This document shows, piece after piece, positions 11,170 to 23,925 of a DNA stretch of 64,000 nucleotides (position 1 is its first letter; every line of letters begins with the position of its first letter). The notes under the pieces were generated by a model. That model was not told where the DNA came from. It did not search any database and saw only the letters and a program-made list of their open reading frames with translations. This DNA is from Euglena gracilis (taxonomy: Eukaryota). The position numbers and the translations under genes are program-made. The stretch is taken from assembly GCA_039621445.1 (NCBI GenBank), contig CP154954.1, positions 24,378,954 through 24,442,953 of the forward strand, in the 5' to 3' direction.

Positions 11170-12790
11170 AATCTCCGGGGGAGGGTGACTGGTTTTTTCA
11201 GAGTGACTGACTGGTTTTTGGCCTGGACCCCCTCCCCCCGGGGGGGGGTCGACAAAAAGCCACAAAAAGTGACCCGGCGCCAAAGGAGCCGGAATTTTTC
11301 CCCCTTTTTTTCATGTTTTGGGTCAAATTTCCTTTGGATTCCAGAGTGGCCGACCCCCCCCCCCACCCCCCGGGGGGGGGTAGTGAATGACTGGCAGGCA
11401 TTATTTTTCAAGGCGAAATTTCTCAAAATTTTTAAAGGCATTTTTTAAGGTTGTTTAAGCTTGTTTAAGGTTTTTGGAGGATTTTAAAGAAATTTTAAGG
11501 TTTTTTAAGGCATTTTTTCCCTCAGGGAAAAAGTCAGACCCCGAAGACGGCCCGATGGCTTCAGACTCCCCTGTGGCTTCGGAACGCCCAAGGAAGAAGC
11601 CTAGGGCAAAGCATGGGGATCAAGGCGGTCCATGAGGGACAGTTATTGTCAACAGGCAAGCAAATGTCCTGAATAGGGTCAGAAATTTAAAGTAATTGCA
11701 ATGAAAAAAATGGATGTTTCGAGTTTGACCCACTCTGTATCCCATGCAACAAGGCGTTGGGCAACGTGTATGGCGGCACACTGCATGGGCACGCGTTTGT
11801 TATTGCTCACATGAAAAGTCTGATTATTTTCTCGGTGTTCATGAGGCTATCCGGTGTGGGTGCACGGGTTGCCGCATTGCGGGTCTGCAAATCCGCGATT
11901 GCGGTTCGGATATCCACTGTGTCATTTTGCCACTGTTGTTGCAAATTCTCCATCCTACTTGCGATATTCGAGATTTTGGGTGTGAAAGCATGCAAATTCA
12001 GCAGGAATTTCTCCACAATGGCAAGATTTCTGCTCCAAACGAGAAAGTCTTTCTTCCAACTGCTGCACATAAGTGCGGGGATCAAAACTTTCGCGTGCTT
12101 GGGCAAGAAAGTGGGAAAAATTCGCGGAATCACCTAATTGGAGAACGCGCTGTTTCGCTTCTTGAAATGCTGTGGCAAGTGTTGGAAACTGCTCCAGTGT
12201 AGTGAATTTCCCCAAATCGGGATTTTTTTGTTGTTCATGCAACTTTTGCTGCAATTGAACTTTTGAGCAATTTGGGTTGACTCCTCTAAGAATGTCTCAA
12301 GTCATTCAAATCAAGAAAGATGTGGTTGCAAGTTTTGCTTTTCCTGGCCGTGTGTCACAGCCTTTGGTGAACCGAGGCCAACCGAACTATGCCAGAAACC
12401 TTGGCAAACAATCCAGTTTTCATATTGTTTGTTCACAACCACAACCTTTTCTGCATTGACTGGCTTTATGTCTGCTGTTATTTGTTTGGTGCAAGAAAAA
12501 ATTTCTCAGGGAGAATTTTTAAGGTTTTTTAAGGTCATCACAGGGAAGAAAAACTTCCCCGGGGTGATTTTTTTAAGGTTTTTTAAGGCACTTTGGCAAA
12601 AAAATTTAAGGGTTTTTAAGGGTTTTTAAGCTTTTTTAAGGCGCCTTAAAAAGAACAATGCCTGCTGACTGGCTTCCCGAAAAAAGTGACTGAGTGGTTT
12701 TTCGAAAAGTGGAGTGACCCCCTCCCCCCCCCCCCCCCCGGGGGGGGTCGGTAAAAAAGTGTATGCCTCCATCCCGGGGGGGGGGGTGCA
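11170..12790. mobile_element. GTGACTGACTGG-motif element interrupted by the 11395-12664 insertion; relatives at ~14230-14490 and ~16120-16240
   Basis: Repeated gtgactgactgg/gtgactgg motifs with poly-C/G tracts; one motif is the target duplicated around 11395-12664. Confidence 0.6.
11395..12664 (-). mobile_element. Internally deleted hAT-like element with possible transposase C-terminal remnant
   Basis: TIRs caggcatt(a/g)tt..aaggcg; TSD atgactgg (11387-94) / ctgactgg (12665-72); minus-strand peptides FLAQARESFDPR and PKISNIA...NTEKIIRLF loosely resemble hAT C-termini. Confidence 0.7.
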
Positions 12791-14997
12791 GGCCGGGGGG
12801 ACCGGGGATCCCCTGGCCCTGGGGTGTCCCTCGAGAAGCAGCCTGGCAACATCTTTTTCTGTTCTTCCTCAAAATTTGCGCAATACCAACAAAATCACCA
12901 ACAAAATTGACGAAGGAATCTGTCCCCCAACCCAGCCCCTTTCCTTCCAAGTCCAAGCCGGCAACAACGAGATCCCCACCCGTGGTGGTCCGCAGCACCG
13001 ACCTCATGTGCTGGCGATTCCTCTGGTGCCGGCCAAGGATGGCATTGCTGTCCGCTGACTCCATTGTCTGCAATTTGGTGGTGGGTGGGAAGCCTTCCGG
13101 CTCTGAGACAGCCCCCCCCCCCCTTAGTGCTCCTCAAGCTGGCGTGGGAGGTGTTGGGAAGCGTCCCAGACCAATTCTACCACTGCATCACCGATGGCCA
13201 AAACTCGACAGTTTTTTCCTGAACTGCGTATCAATTTCCCCTCAATTTTCAACGATTGCTCATGGTTTTGCTTTTCTCTTCCTGTGTTTTTTTTTTTTTG
13301 GCTGAAGCAGTTCTCACGAGACTCCAACGAGTATTTCTCTCATGTGGAAGAGACCGAAGCCATTTTTTCTTATATCATTTCTTAAACAACATCGAAGGCA
13401 ATACCATATGCGATTTTTTTTCATGAAATGATTCATTCAAAGAAAGGATTTAAATCATTATAAGTATGAAAATGTTTTAAAACAAAAAGATGGTGACCCC
13501 CCAGGGGATTGGGTTTGGTCGCCCAAATATGAAACCTCCTCCCCCTTGCAATGCAAAGCCTGCCAATGGTGTTATTCACAAAAAGCAGAAAAATTTTGGG
13601 TGTATATAATTTTTTCTAGCACGATCCCTCTATTTTTGCCAATGAAAGTTTGATTTCTAATATACTTAATCTAAAAACCCTTTTTGCGGGTCTTCAAATC
13701 CCGTCCAAATATAAAGCCGGGGGAGGAGGCCTTGAATTTTTTGTAGGGTTCACCGGAAATGACATTTTGGGTGTGAACTGCCCAGGTGGGGGGCGTCCCC
13801 CATTTCATCTACTCATTTGCTCAATCGACAAAATGTTTACCTCTTAAGTGCGAAGTTGGCCAACTGTGAATTTGGCCCATCGTTTTCCCCCTTGAAAAGG
13901 GAACTGCTCATTGCGCTTTAACTTATTGTTACTATTGTTGTAGTTGTAGTTGTGGTTTGTTGCCGCTACTGCTGCTGTTAAAGTATTCAACAATGTTGGT
14001 GATTGAAAGGCCAACCGCCCGCACAGGTCAGAAAATCTTCAAGCCACGTGGTTCGCCGCCCGAAGGTCGCCCGGACCATGGCATTGCATTCCAGTGCCGA
14101 CGTTCTGCCCACCGCTGCCCCTGCCATTTGTTTCTCACCCACCCCGCCTTATTTCTCCCTGACAGCCTGACAGGGTTCGACGTGCGAGCTTTTGGGTGGT
14201 TCCCCCGTTGCTTATGGTGTTTTTTAACCCCCCGCCGGGGGGGGGGGTGACTGACTGGGTTTTTGGCTCCCGAGCCGTGGAGTCAGCCGGAAGTTTTCCA
14301 AAGTGGCCCCCAGCGCCGAAGGCGCCCTAATTTTTGGGGGGGGGGGCAACATCCATTGAGTTTGAGCCATTTTTGGCTGGGTGGTCAGAGTGACCGTCCC
14401 ACCAAGGGTGGGGTGGGAAGTGGGTGACTGGTTTTTGAAAAGCGATTGACTGATTTTTTTGAAAGTGGCCCCCTCCCCTCCCCCAGGGTTGGTGACGAAT
14501 GGTATTACTGGATCTTTCCCTCCAGTTTTTTTTCCCCCAATGACACTCTGTTCCGGAAATTTCAGCAAATCGTTGGCAAAGGAAACCATGCTCAGCATTG
14601 CATTTTCCCTGTTTTTTTGAGGGCGAAAAATTTGACAAAGTATGATTTTCTGTGAGTCCAGAATTTTCCGTTCTGTTCATGCTTTTTTTTTAACAAGAGG
14701 GAAGTCCATACCCCAAGAGGGAGGTCCACAGCTGCCTTTATATCCAACCCTCCCCGCCTCCTTCCATTTCATGCTGACCTGACACGAGGCCCACACTTAT
14801 GACTGCTGGGAACCTGCATTTTTTGATTTCAAGGAAACATTGCTTTTTTCAAATCAAAAACTTGAAGGTGTTTTCCAGCACATTGATCGAAACACAACGT
14901 AAAGAGGAAATGAGTTGCCCAGCGCTCTTTTGGGAGCATTTTCTTGGGGATATTTTTAACTTTCCTTTTTAAAAAAAGAAGGTATTTTTCACCACTT

Positions 14998-15234
14998 TCA
15001 AACATCTGTGATTAAGTCGGCTGCGGCTGGATTTGACTCCACTTCACTCTGGGAGTTGGGGAGCCTTTCTCCAGCCCTGGAACCCTCACCCTCTTCGGCG
15101 AATTCAATGGCAATAAATTTGGTCGCCAAAGGGGATGCTTCCGCCCGTGCGCACTGTGTGGCACATCGCGTGCACCGCGTGAGAAGAATCCCTTCGGAAC
15201 GTGCAATTTTCACAAATTTCCACCAGTACCCCAT
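14998..15234 (-). pseudogene. Possible BED-finger-like transposase N-terminal remnant
   Basis: YWWKFVKI...RCTRC shows the W..F...CxxC spacing of BED fingers, but no His pair is visible. Confidence 0.25.
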
Positions 15235-18200
15235 TTGCAGTTGATTTCCATATTTTCTTGTCTGGTTTCCTGCAAATCAGCAACTCTTGGCGGTTTTTGG
15301 TCGTTTTTTTTTTGTCCATTTTGGACCGCTTTTGGCTTTTGGTCGCTTTGGGCTGCATTTGGCAATTGAGACCACTTTAAGCTGTTTGAATGCATTTTTG
15401 GCTCATTTATACCAATTTTTGGCCGCTTCTGGCCATTTTTGTGCATTGTGGTCACTTCAGGTCGCTTCTCAGTGCTTTAGCCACTTTTTGCCCATTTTTG
15501 ACCACATTTGTCCATTTTGTGGCCACTTGGACAGACTCAGTGGCCATTGGTACATACTTGGTGAGATCTGATGGAAAAATCAGATGATTTGGGCCAAAAA
15601 AAACAACTAAAAACAATCAAACTGCTGGGACAAAAAAAGTTCAAAATGAGTTGAAACATAAAATACCCCAGGCCAACTTTTGGGTCAAATAACTAATTTT
15701 CCAACGTTTTTCAGAATTTTTTTTTGCAGTCTGGAGTGTTGCATTCCTAGTTGGAGCTCACACAGGCCCAGTTCTGCACGTTCCAGCCCCCCTCCCCTGC
15801 AGGGAGTCTTTGATGGGCTTAAAGAGTACCCAAAACGACGTTTTCAGGTATTTTTTCACCTTAATACCCTGCCAGACCCCCCTCCTTGGCAGGTTCTAAA
15901 AATAGCAAAAAAATTTTCTTCCGGCAGTGCACGCCAAAAAATGAACAAAAAACGTCCTTGACCCTCACTTTTGTGAATAACGTTGTCTTTTTTTTTCTGT
16001 TTTCCACATAAAAAAGTTTTCTGAAAAAGAGCATTTTTGGATTTATATTCGATGAAGAATCAGGGATAATACAAAAAATTTTCCGGCCCTCCTTCAGTTT
16101 CGAGGTAGGAGGAGGGGTCCGACCCCCCCCCCCCCCCGTGTTGGGAGTGTTGTTCCGGACCCCCCAAGGCTTCCCACACATCTTTGGGGTGGGTGACTGG
16201 CTTTTCAGAGTGACTGACTGGTTCTTCTCCCCCATGGGGAACTAGCATGCATTTCAAATCCTCCAAAGCGACATGGGTCTTTCATTAAAATACCAAGTGT
16301 GCTTTAGAGAGGTTGTATTTATTTAGTGTATTTTAGCACAAAGTTTTTTCTCTTGCCAGAGAGTCCAAAATGAACTACAATCAAATTCATAAATTTTCAT
16401 TTGAACAAGCATTATCGCATTAATTGAAACATATATTACAAAACGGATAAAGATTGTATAACTTGTAGAATCATTTTTTGGAGGGGTCATACACTGAGGT
16501 TTTTTTTGAAGGGTTTCTTTTTTGAGTATTTTTCTTTGTTAAAAAACGCCAGGGGAGCAAATTATTTTTATCGTAGTCTTTAACTCCCCACACTAATGCC
16601 CCCACAGGCTCTCCAACCAAACAACGGATGACAAACCCCTGGTGAAGAAAAACAAGGTCGGCCAGGGACGATTTCTTTGGCCGCACCCAAAGCTAATTTT
16701 TTTTGCAATTTTTTACCTTACCGCCAAAGGATGCAATCGGGTCTGGTGGGTCAGCCAGGGGGGTTACAATTGGGGGGGGGTTAAATGAAATCATTGTTGG
16801 TGAAAGTCCCACCAGGTTTTGCCTGAAATGGGAAATGCCTTCCTTTGGTGGTGTGCTGTATGTCAAGGACCGTATACGGAGGTCCAACCCACCACCCCAA
16901 CCAACCAGGCTAAACCCTGGAAGTGGAAGTGCTGGATGGGGGGCTTCCCTTTCCAAATTTCATTCTCCCCGTCAGCCACACATTGCACCTGCGCAGGACT
17001 CTGCACACCCACCCTCCTCTGCGACACGCCTTCCTCTGCCTTTGTCCCCTGTGGCGGTGACAGGCTGTCTTGCACTTGGGAGTCGCCCAAGTCCCGTCCT
17101 CTCATGTGACTGGCTTCGAGCCATTTCTCCCTATTCCCCTGCCAATCATTTACCACAGACAGTGCCTTCCCCACCCTTCAAACACCTGCTGTGCGGCAGT
17201 GGCGCAGTACTGGTCGTATATTGATTTTCTTGATGCTCAATTCGACAGTGGGAAGTCAGAGGGCTAGACATTAGCAAACCCAACCATACTATTGCTGAAG
17301 GTGTGAGGCAGAAAGGCCTTCAGCGTGGAAAAAAAACCATCCATTCCACAGGAACTTCGGCGCTGGGCGGCCATTTTTCTTTGGGCCGACCTGACATGAA
17401 AAGTCCAGTCAGTCCCTCTGCCTGTGCACCAAAATGCATCGAAACGTCTGGCAGTGCAAGCAACTCCGTTGGCATTGCAGGTTCCAGGGGGGAATCGATA
17501 ACTGCAATTTGTCCACAATTTTGCGCAATTCTCCGCAATTTTCCGCAATTTTTTTTTCCCCGCACAAAAGGGCGGAAGGAATCAAGAAACAAGGAGGTGC
17601 AACGTAGCATTAACCTGCGGCCTATGACCAGGGGCTGGTCATTGATTGGACAGGGGGGGGGGGAGGTACCTGTGGCTGGCCAAGCCGCTGCTGGGCTCGT
17701 TTCCCCCACAAGGGGGCATCCATGCAAGGCCATTGGCACCGGCGACAAATGGGGTATTCCGACGATCAGCTCTGCGACCTCATAACAGTTCGCCTCGGAT
17801 CATTCCGAATCCCGAAGGTTGGGCTGGTGGGGCCAACAGCCCAAGGCCCCACAGGACCCCCACAGCTATTGCCGCAGCTGGAGGGCCAATCATTTGGTTC
17901 CCCAAAGGGGGGGCCCTCCCAAACGTTGCCTCGGAAGAATCTGTTTTGTTAAAAAAGGATGCTCCCCATCTCCCATCACTTTGGACCCATGGGCGACAGC
18001 AATTTGTCCCCCTCCCATGCGTGCACAGGAAAGCTTGGTGGGGTTTACACCCCCTTTCTCACCACAGCCTTATGCATAATGACAGCGAAGTCGAAAACTC
18101 CTTCCGCCGATAGGTTCCGAAGGAATATTTTGCCCCGAACCGGCGCCTTTGGAAGGGGGGAAAGGGGTTGGTCGACCTCGTCCACCAACGTTAGGGGATT

Positions 18201-18549
18201 CACCGGCAGCCCTGCCCCTCCCCTGGGGTGAAAGGGTCCTCAGCTATTGTGCTGACCAATGATGACCAGTGACCCACGTCAGATGTCATCTCCACCAGGC
18301 GTTTTTTTTTTTGACAACCCCCAGGGGGTCCAGCTCAGAGGCTGGATAATTTGGGTTGGCTGGAAAGAGGCTGCTGGTTGAACCCTCTCAGGGGTCCCAG
18401 GCTGGAGCTGGGCCGACCCGATTGAAACTGCAAGAAATCCAAAAGAAAGCGTGCAATTACGCAGGAAAAAAAAATCAATTTGTTTTACCCCAAATTTGTC
18501 CGGGCCAGCCTATTTCCGATCCATTTTTGCCCATTCTTTAGCCCAGTTT

Positions 18550-19228
18550 TGCCCAAAGTCATGTTTTTTTGGCCTCCCGGACCTGGAAAAAGTGTTTTCG
18601 GGCCGAAAACGAGCGTTTTTCGACCCGCCCCCGCCCCGTTTTTGGCCCGAAACCCAATTGGGTCAATTTGGGGTTGAATAAGTCGAAAAAAATCGAATTT
18701 TTTTTGCCCGAAAGGAAGGTTTTTGGCCTCCCTGACCTGGAAAAAGTGTTTTTGAGCGAAAATGAGCGTTTTTTTTTACCCCCCACGTTTTTGGCCCGAA
18801 ACCCATTGATTTTGGGTCAATTTGCGGTCAAAAAAGTCGAAAAAATCGAAAAAATTGTTTTTGCCCAAAAGCATGTTTTTTTGGCCTCGCGGACCAGGAA
18901 AACCTCTTTTGGAGCCAAAAATGAGCGTTTTTGCCCCCCCCCACCCCCCTTTTTGGGCCCGAAACCAATGGACTGTGGGTAAAAAAAAAGTCGGAAAAAA
19001 AATCGAAAAAAAAATTGCCCAAACCCATGTTTTTTTGGCCTCCCGGACCCAGAAAAGGTGTTTTTTGAGCCAAAAATGAGCGTTTTTCGACCCCCTGGCC
19101 TCCCGTTTATGCCACAAAACCCTTGCATTTCAGTCAAAAGACCTCCATGGAATGGGCCGGTTTATATGGGAGGGTCAATGAAGGGGTGGGGGCGCACTTA
19201 TTAAGAGCTCAGTATTATTCAAAACCTG
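18550..19228 (+). repeat. ~155-bp tandem subrepeats (about 4 units) ending in a transposon-like terminus ...attcaaaacctg
   Basis: tttttggcctc(c)cggacc(t)ggaaaa...gagcgttttt at ~18565, 18720, 18878 and 19030; the terminus ttaagagctcag(c/t)a(c/t)tattcaaaacctg recurs at 19404 and 23703, and one unit recurs at ~23490-23590. Confidence 0.8.
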
Positions 19229-22200
19229 ATTAACATTTCATTAACGTTTCAGAAATTACCGTAAAAGCACTGAAAATCAACTGTAAATTGCAAGACTGTA
19301 ATTTCGCGTAATTTACAAATGACACAAAATTTGCAATGTTAGGTCTTTTTGGCTTTCCACTGCATGCAAAGTCCCATTAAGAGCTCAGCACTATTCAAAA
19401 CCTGTTTACCCCGGCCATGAGCCAATTAGGCTGACCCCTCCCCCCTAATTGGCTAATGGACCGTGCCAAATTTTGGTCCAGTTTTTTTGACGTGCATTTT
19501 TTTCACCCTCCTTCAAAAAAATATCAATTTATGAACCTGAAATTTTTGAGGTTTTTTTGTGCAACCATGTGGTTTTCCATCAAAAAATCACTTGTTTTGG
19601 GTTCCTTTTTTTTTCCCGGCCAAAAATTTCCCCGACCAGAATCCCCGTTTTGCCAAATTTGGTGAAAAATCTGCGTTAGGCGCCCCCACCAGACCTTCCC
19701 ATTCTGCCCTGCCCCTCCCCCTGGGGGCGTTTAAGAAAAAATTTGCTCGGAACCATTGATGGCATTGGTTGGTGACATTGCGGCTGGTCCCAGCCCCCCC
19801 CCCCCCCTGGCGTGCCTGTGCGACCCCTCCCTTCAGAGGCATCCGATGGGCTGCGCCGCCTCGTGCCCCAGCGCCGATGCCTGTGCGGCGGCCCCCCCTG
19901 CCCCCCCGGGCGCCAAGTTGGGAGGCCCCAAGTGGGTCGGCCCCCCGGCCAAGCGAAGCAACGAGGGAAGCGCCCAGAGTCCGGGGAACAGCGCCTTGAG
20001 GGAGCTGGTGCGGGCGTGGGGTGGCCGCTGGGAGACACATGGGGCCGGGGTTTGGTCTCGTTGGGGGGACGGCGGCCAGTCTCGCCCGCCCCGGGCCCTC
20101 CGCCCGCCGCGGCCCCGGTCCCCGGCCACAGCGCCGGGGGCCTCGCTCTACGCCGGCCGCGGTGCGCCGCCGCCCGGCCGCCGCCGGCGATGCGACACCG
20201 CAGCCCCTCGTTCGACCGGCTGGAGCAGGTGGACCCGGAGCCCTCTCCCAGCCAGGCCTCGGGTGGCCAGCGGGCAAAAGGTCCGTTCATCTCCAACAAT
20301 GACCCCCCATCGGGTGTTAACCGAGTGATGGTTTTTTGGGGTTAGACCACCCCAGGCCTGGGGGGGGGGGGGCCAGCCCCCCCCCCCTCCCCCGGGGCGA
20401 GCCACCAGTACAGCTGAGACGGGACCTCCTTTTTTTTCGCGGCAGGAGGTCAATTGGGTCGTATGGGGGAAACGGGGCGGACGTAAAGTTGAGGCAGCTC
20501 TGCGCCTGTGACCCCCCCCCCCCCCGGGGTTTTCGGGAAGGACTGGTGGGGGGTCAACCCGGGAGGGGTGGTGATTTCCCCACCCACCACCAATAGGGTT
20601 TGTGGGGATTCCCGTACGGCCCTGTTCAGGGGGAGGTCCAGCAGTGAAATGATCTGGGGTCCTGGGACCCAAAAAAGATTTCCGGCATTTCGCACCAGGG
20701 AAGATGGTAAAAATTTTGGAATATCTTTCAGCCAATTTTTTTCAAAAAAGTGTGTGAAATCGCGATTTCGGGCTTTTTTTTTAGTCCCGCAATTTTTTTT
20801 TCTGTCGCTTTGTGCTGGAACTTGTTTTTTTTTATAGAAAGGCTCTGGGGTTCCAGACCCCCCCCCCCAGCGTTTCTCAAATGGATGCCTGCCACATGAC
20901 TTTTATGAGAGGAAGCATGTTGTACAAAATTGCTCAAAATGCTTTTCCACTTCTGGGGGGGGGTGATCACCCAGCCACAAGTTTGCTGCGGTCCCAGCCA
21001 CAACCTATGTGGGAGAACCCAGGCTTATGGGCCGACAAAGACGCAAAAAATGAACATCGTCCAAATAGAGCCGAATTCGAGGGAGGGCGGAAATGAACGG
21101 GTCATCATTACAGGGACTCATGTCGATGTGACGTTTGGTTGTTGTTTCTTTTACCTTCTGTGGATTGTGAAATTCAATTGTGAAAATGTGTTTTTACATC
21201 GAAAATCCTTCATCCAGGCGTTTTGGGCTTTTTTTGTTGTTTATTGTATTTTGTCGTTTTTTTTTAGATTATTATTTTCAAGAATCGTTCTGGCGAGAGC
21301 ACTTGTGGTACACGTGTGCGCATTAGGAGCCCGTGAGGGGCCACTTTTCGCCTGCCCCATCCACCTCCGCCCGTTGTTTGCAGAGGAGATGGTCCATTCT
21401 CCGGCGGCCCAGGGGAACCCTCCGCCAAAGGAGCGGCGGAACGCCGTCATCTTTGTCCTCCCAGCTGAGCCCGGGCTTCCCCGCCCCCAGGGGTTCCACG
21501 ACCTGCCGTTCGCCTTTGCCAAGGTTGCTGCCATGGTCTCTGCCGCTGGAACGTGCCTTTGCATGTCGGCTTTTTTTTGCGTTGTTTATATTCTTTACAT
21601 TGTTTATATTTTTTTTTGGAAAGCCTGGCTGCGATATTTGAAGGCATGCCAGAGTACAGACAAAATGGACATTGAGAACGCAACGTTGTGCTTTCGTTTT
21701 TCTCTGTACAGCACTCCTGGTCATTAAATGATCAGATTTGTTCTAAAACAGCATTGGGAAATAAAATGGAAGAATGTAGTGTTGTTGAGTGTTTAAAAGT
21801 GGCTGAAAGAGGGGGGGGAGTGTGGACGTTTTTTTTTGTAATGTGTATTCCTACATAATTTGATTTTTTTAATTTTCATAATGAATGTAAAAATTTGCGG
21901 CTGTTTTGCATTTTCTCCTCCCAATCGAACAGTTTTTTTTAATAATATTTTTTTTGGAAAATGCACACAAGGTTTGCCCTCCTGCTAAGGGATCCCAAGG
22001 GATTCCCAGACAATTTGAAGCTGAAATTTCCACTTTTTTGCATTTTTTTCCATTATTTTTGTTGCTTGATGAAGCTCTTTTGTTATTTTTTGAAAGGAAA
22101 CGTGAATGATTATTCAAAACATTGTTGCACAATGAAAATAATTCCTCCAGCAGAAGTGGAAAAAAAGGAGATGTTTATAGTGCGGGGAGGTCGTAACAGA

Positions 22201-23703
22201 ACTAGCATGAGGTTTGCATTGTTTGCATTTTTCCCATTTGTTTTCCTTCTTTGACCACTGCATACCTTGTTGCACCCCCCCACTGACAGCAGTCAAAATC
22301 ATAGAATAAAAAGCAGGAATTTTTTTTTCGCTTTGCTCCCACAAAAATGTCTCTTTTCTGCACACTGCATATGCTTCCTTTTCTGGATACAGACCCAGGG
22401 CTGCAACACTGTGTCTGGGCTGTGCTGGGAAAGGACGGTGCCGGGATGCTCCAGCAGAGGCCACCCCCCTCTGCTGCGGCGCACGTCCCTGAGAAGTGGG
22501 CCGAACCCCGATCGCTGTCCCGCACTAGCCGCATCATTCCGGTTCATGCCATTGCCACAACGTTGTTTGTGCCAAATTCTCCTTCCCAAGGCCAAATCAT
22601 GCCATGGAATCCCAAATCCAAGATACCAAGGAAAAGTTTTGTACAGAGGGAGCAACGTCCAGACCATCCCGGTCCACCCCGGAACCCAAGAAATTTTGTG
22701 CACAGGAGAAGGGGGGTCCAGAATCCCCCCCACCCCCCCCTCCCCGCTCATTTGATCCCCTGCCCAAAGGTGTCAGTGACCGACTGGCTGTCTCATTGGG
22801 ACGTCGCCCACTGGGAGTGGTCCGCAGCGGCCTGCCCCATCCCAGCCTTCCCACCGCGACCTTCCCGGGCTGCCCCCGACCGCGACGCGCCGCCTCCGCC
22901 ACCAACCTGTCTGGTCTGGGTCTGAGTGCGCCTCCGCCGCCGGCCGGCTCGATGGCCCGGGCGGTGGCTCCCGACCCCTCGTTGAGACTCTGCCTTGCAG
23001 CCTCCAGGCCCAGCACCCCAATTGCCAAATCCCCACCGTTGCGGTGAGCCTTTCCTTTCCGAACATCAAAGAGAGCGGGGCTGGTGATCGAGGCAACCAT
23101 AACCAACCTTCTTTATAAGGAATACCGCACTCTTGCCTGACTCGGAAGTTTCCGAATCACCCTGGGTTGACCCCCAACTCCCCGCCAGGCCCGAGTTATT
23201 CACGCGCAAAGGGGTCCAAACTGGGAAGGATCGGCCCGTCCCCCCCTGGATGATCCCCCCCTTTGGACTCTGCCATTTCGGGTCCCAAAATCGATATTTT
23301 CAAAATATCTTGCAAATGATGGAAAATCAAAGGAAATGTCCAGAGACCTAATTTGAAGCCCTTGGAATGCCCCATCTACTGGTATTTTGATTTCCCCGCA
23401 ACTCTCCGCCTGGCCCGAGATACGGGCGTTTTTCGGCCAATTTGGGACGTTTTGTACACTTTTTTCCACTGTCAGGCTCGTTTTCAGACCAAAAAAGTCG
23501 AAAAAAAATTGGCCCAAAACCCATGTTTTTTTTGGCCTCCCGGACCCGGAAAAGGTTTTCTTGAGCCGAAAACGAGCTTTTTTCGACCCCTTGTCACCCT
23601 CACATTTTAATTGAAAAACGTCAATTCAGGGAGCCGGTTTATATAGGGCATCAAAGATGGGGGTTGGCACGCATATTAAGAGCTCAGCACTATTCAAAAC
23701 CTG

Positions 23704-23925
23704 GTGGGGTCTGGCCGAGCCCCCACCCCGGGGGGGTATCCCCCGGGGGGAGGATATACTTTTCGGCGCCGAAGGCGCCGAAATTTTTTTGATAAATGTG
23801 CTATTTCTAGCATCATTCGCGATTTCTGGCCATTTTCGGGGAAAAGTGGGTGGGTCCCCCGGACCCCCCTGTGGATGGGTGGGTGGGTGAGGAGGGGACC
23901 CCCCGGTCTTAAAAAAAAACACCTG
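23704..23925. mobile_element. 5'-truncated MITE (family of 35513-35812)
   Basis: Shares gatatacttttcggcgccg(a/c)aggcgccgaaa and the ggtcttaaaaaaaaacacctg end; the left end is replaced by the terminus at 23703. Confidence 0.7.

Noticed and set aside
12880-13073. Possible zinc-finger remnant (ILGRHQRNRQH)
   Set aside because: No upstream Cys pair in frame; too short to support
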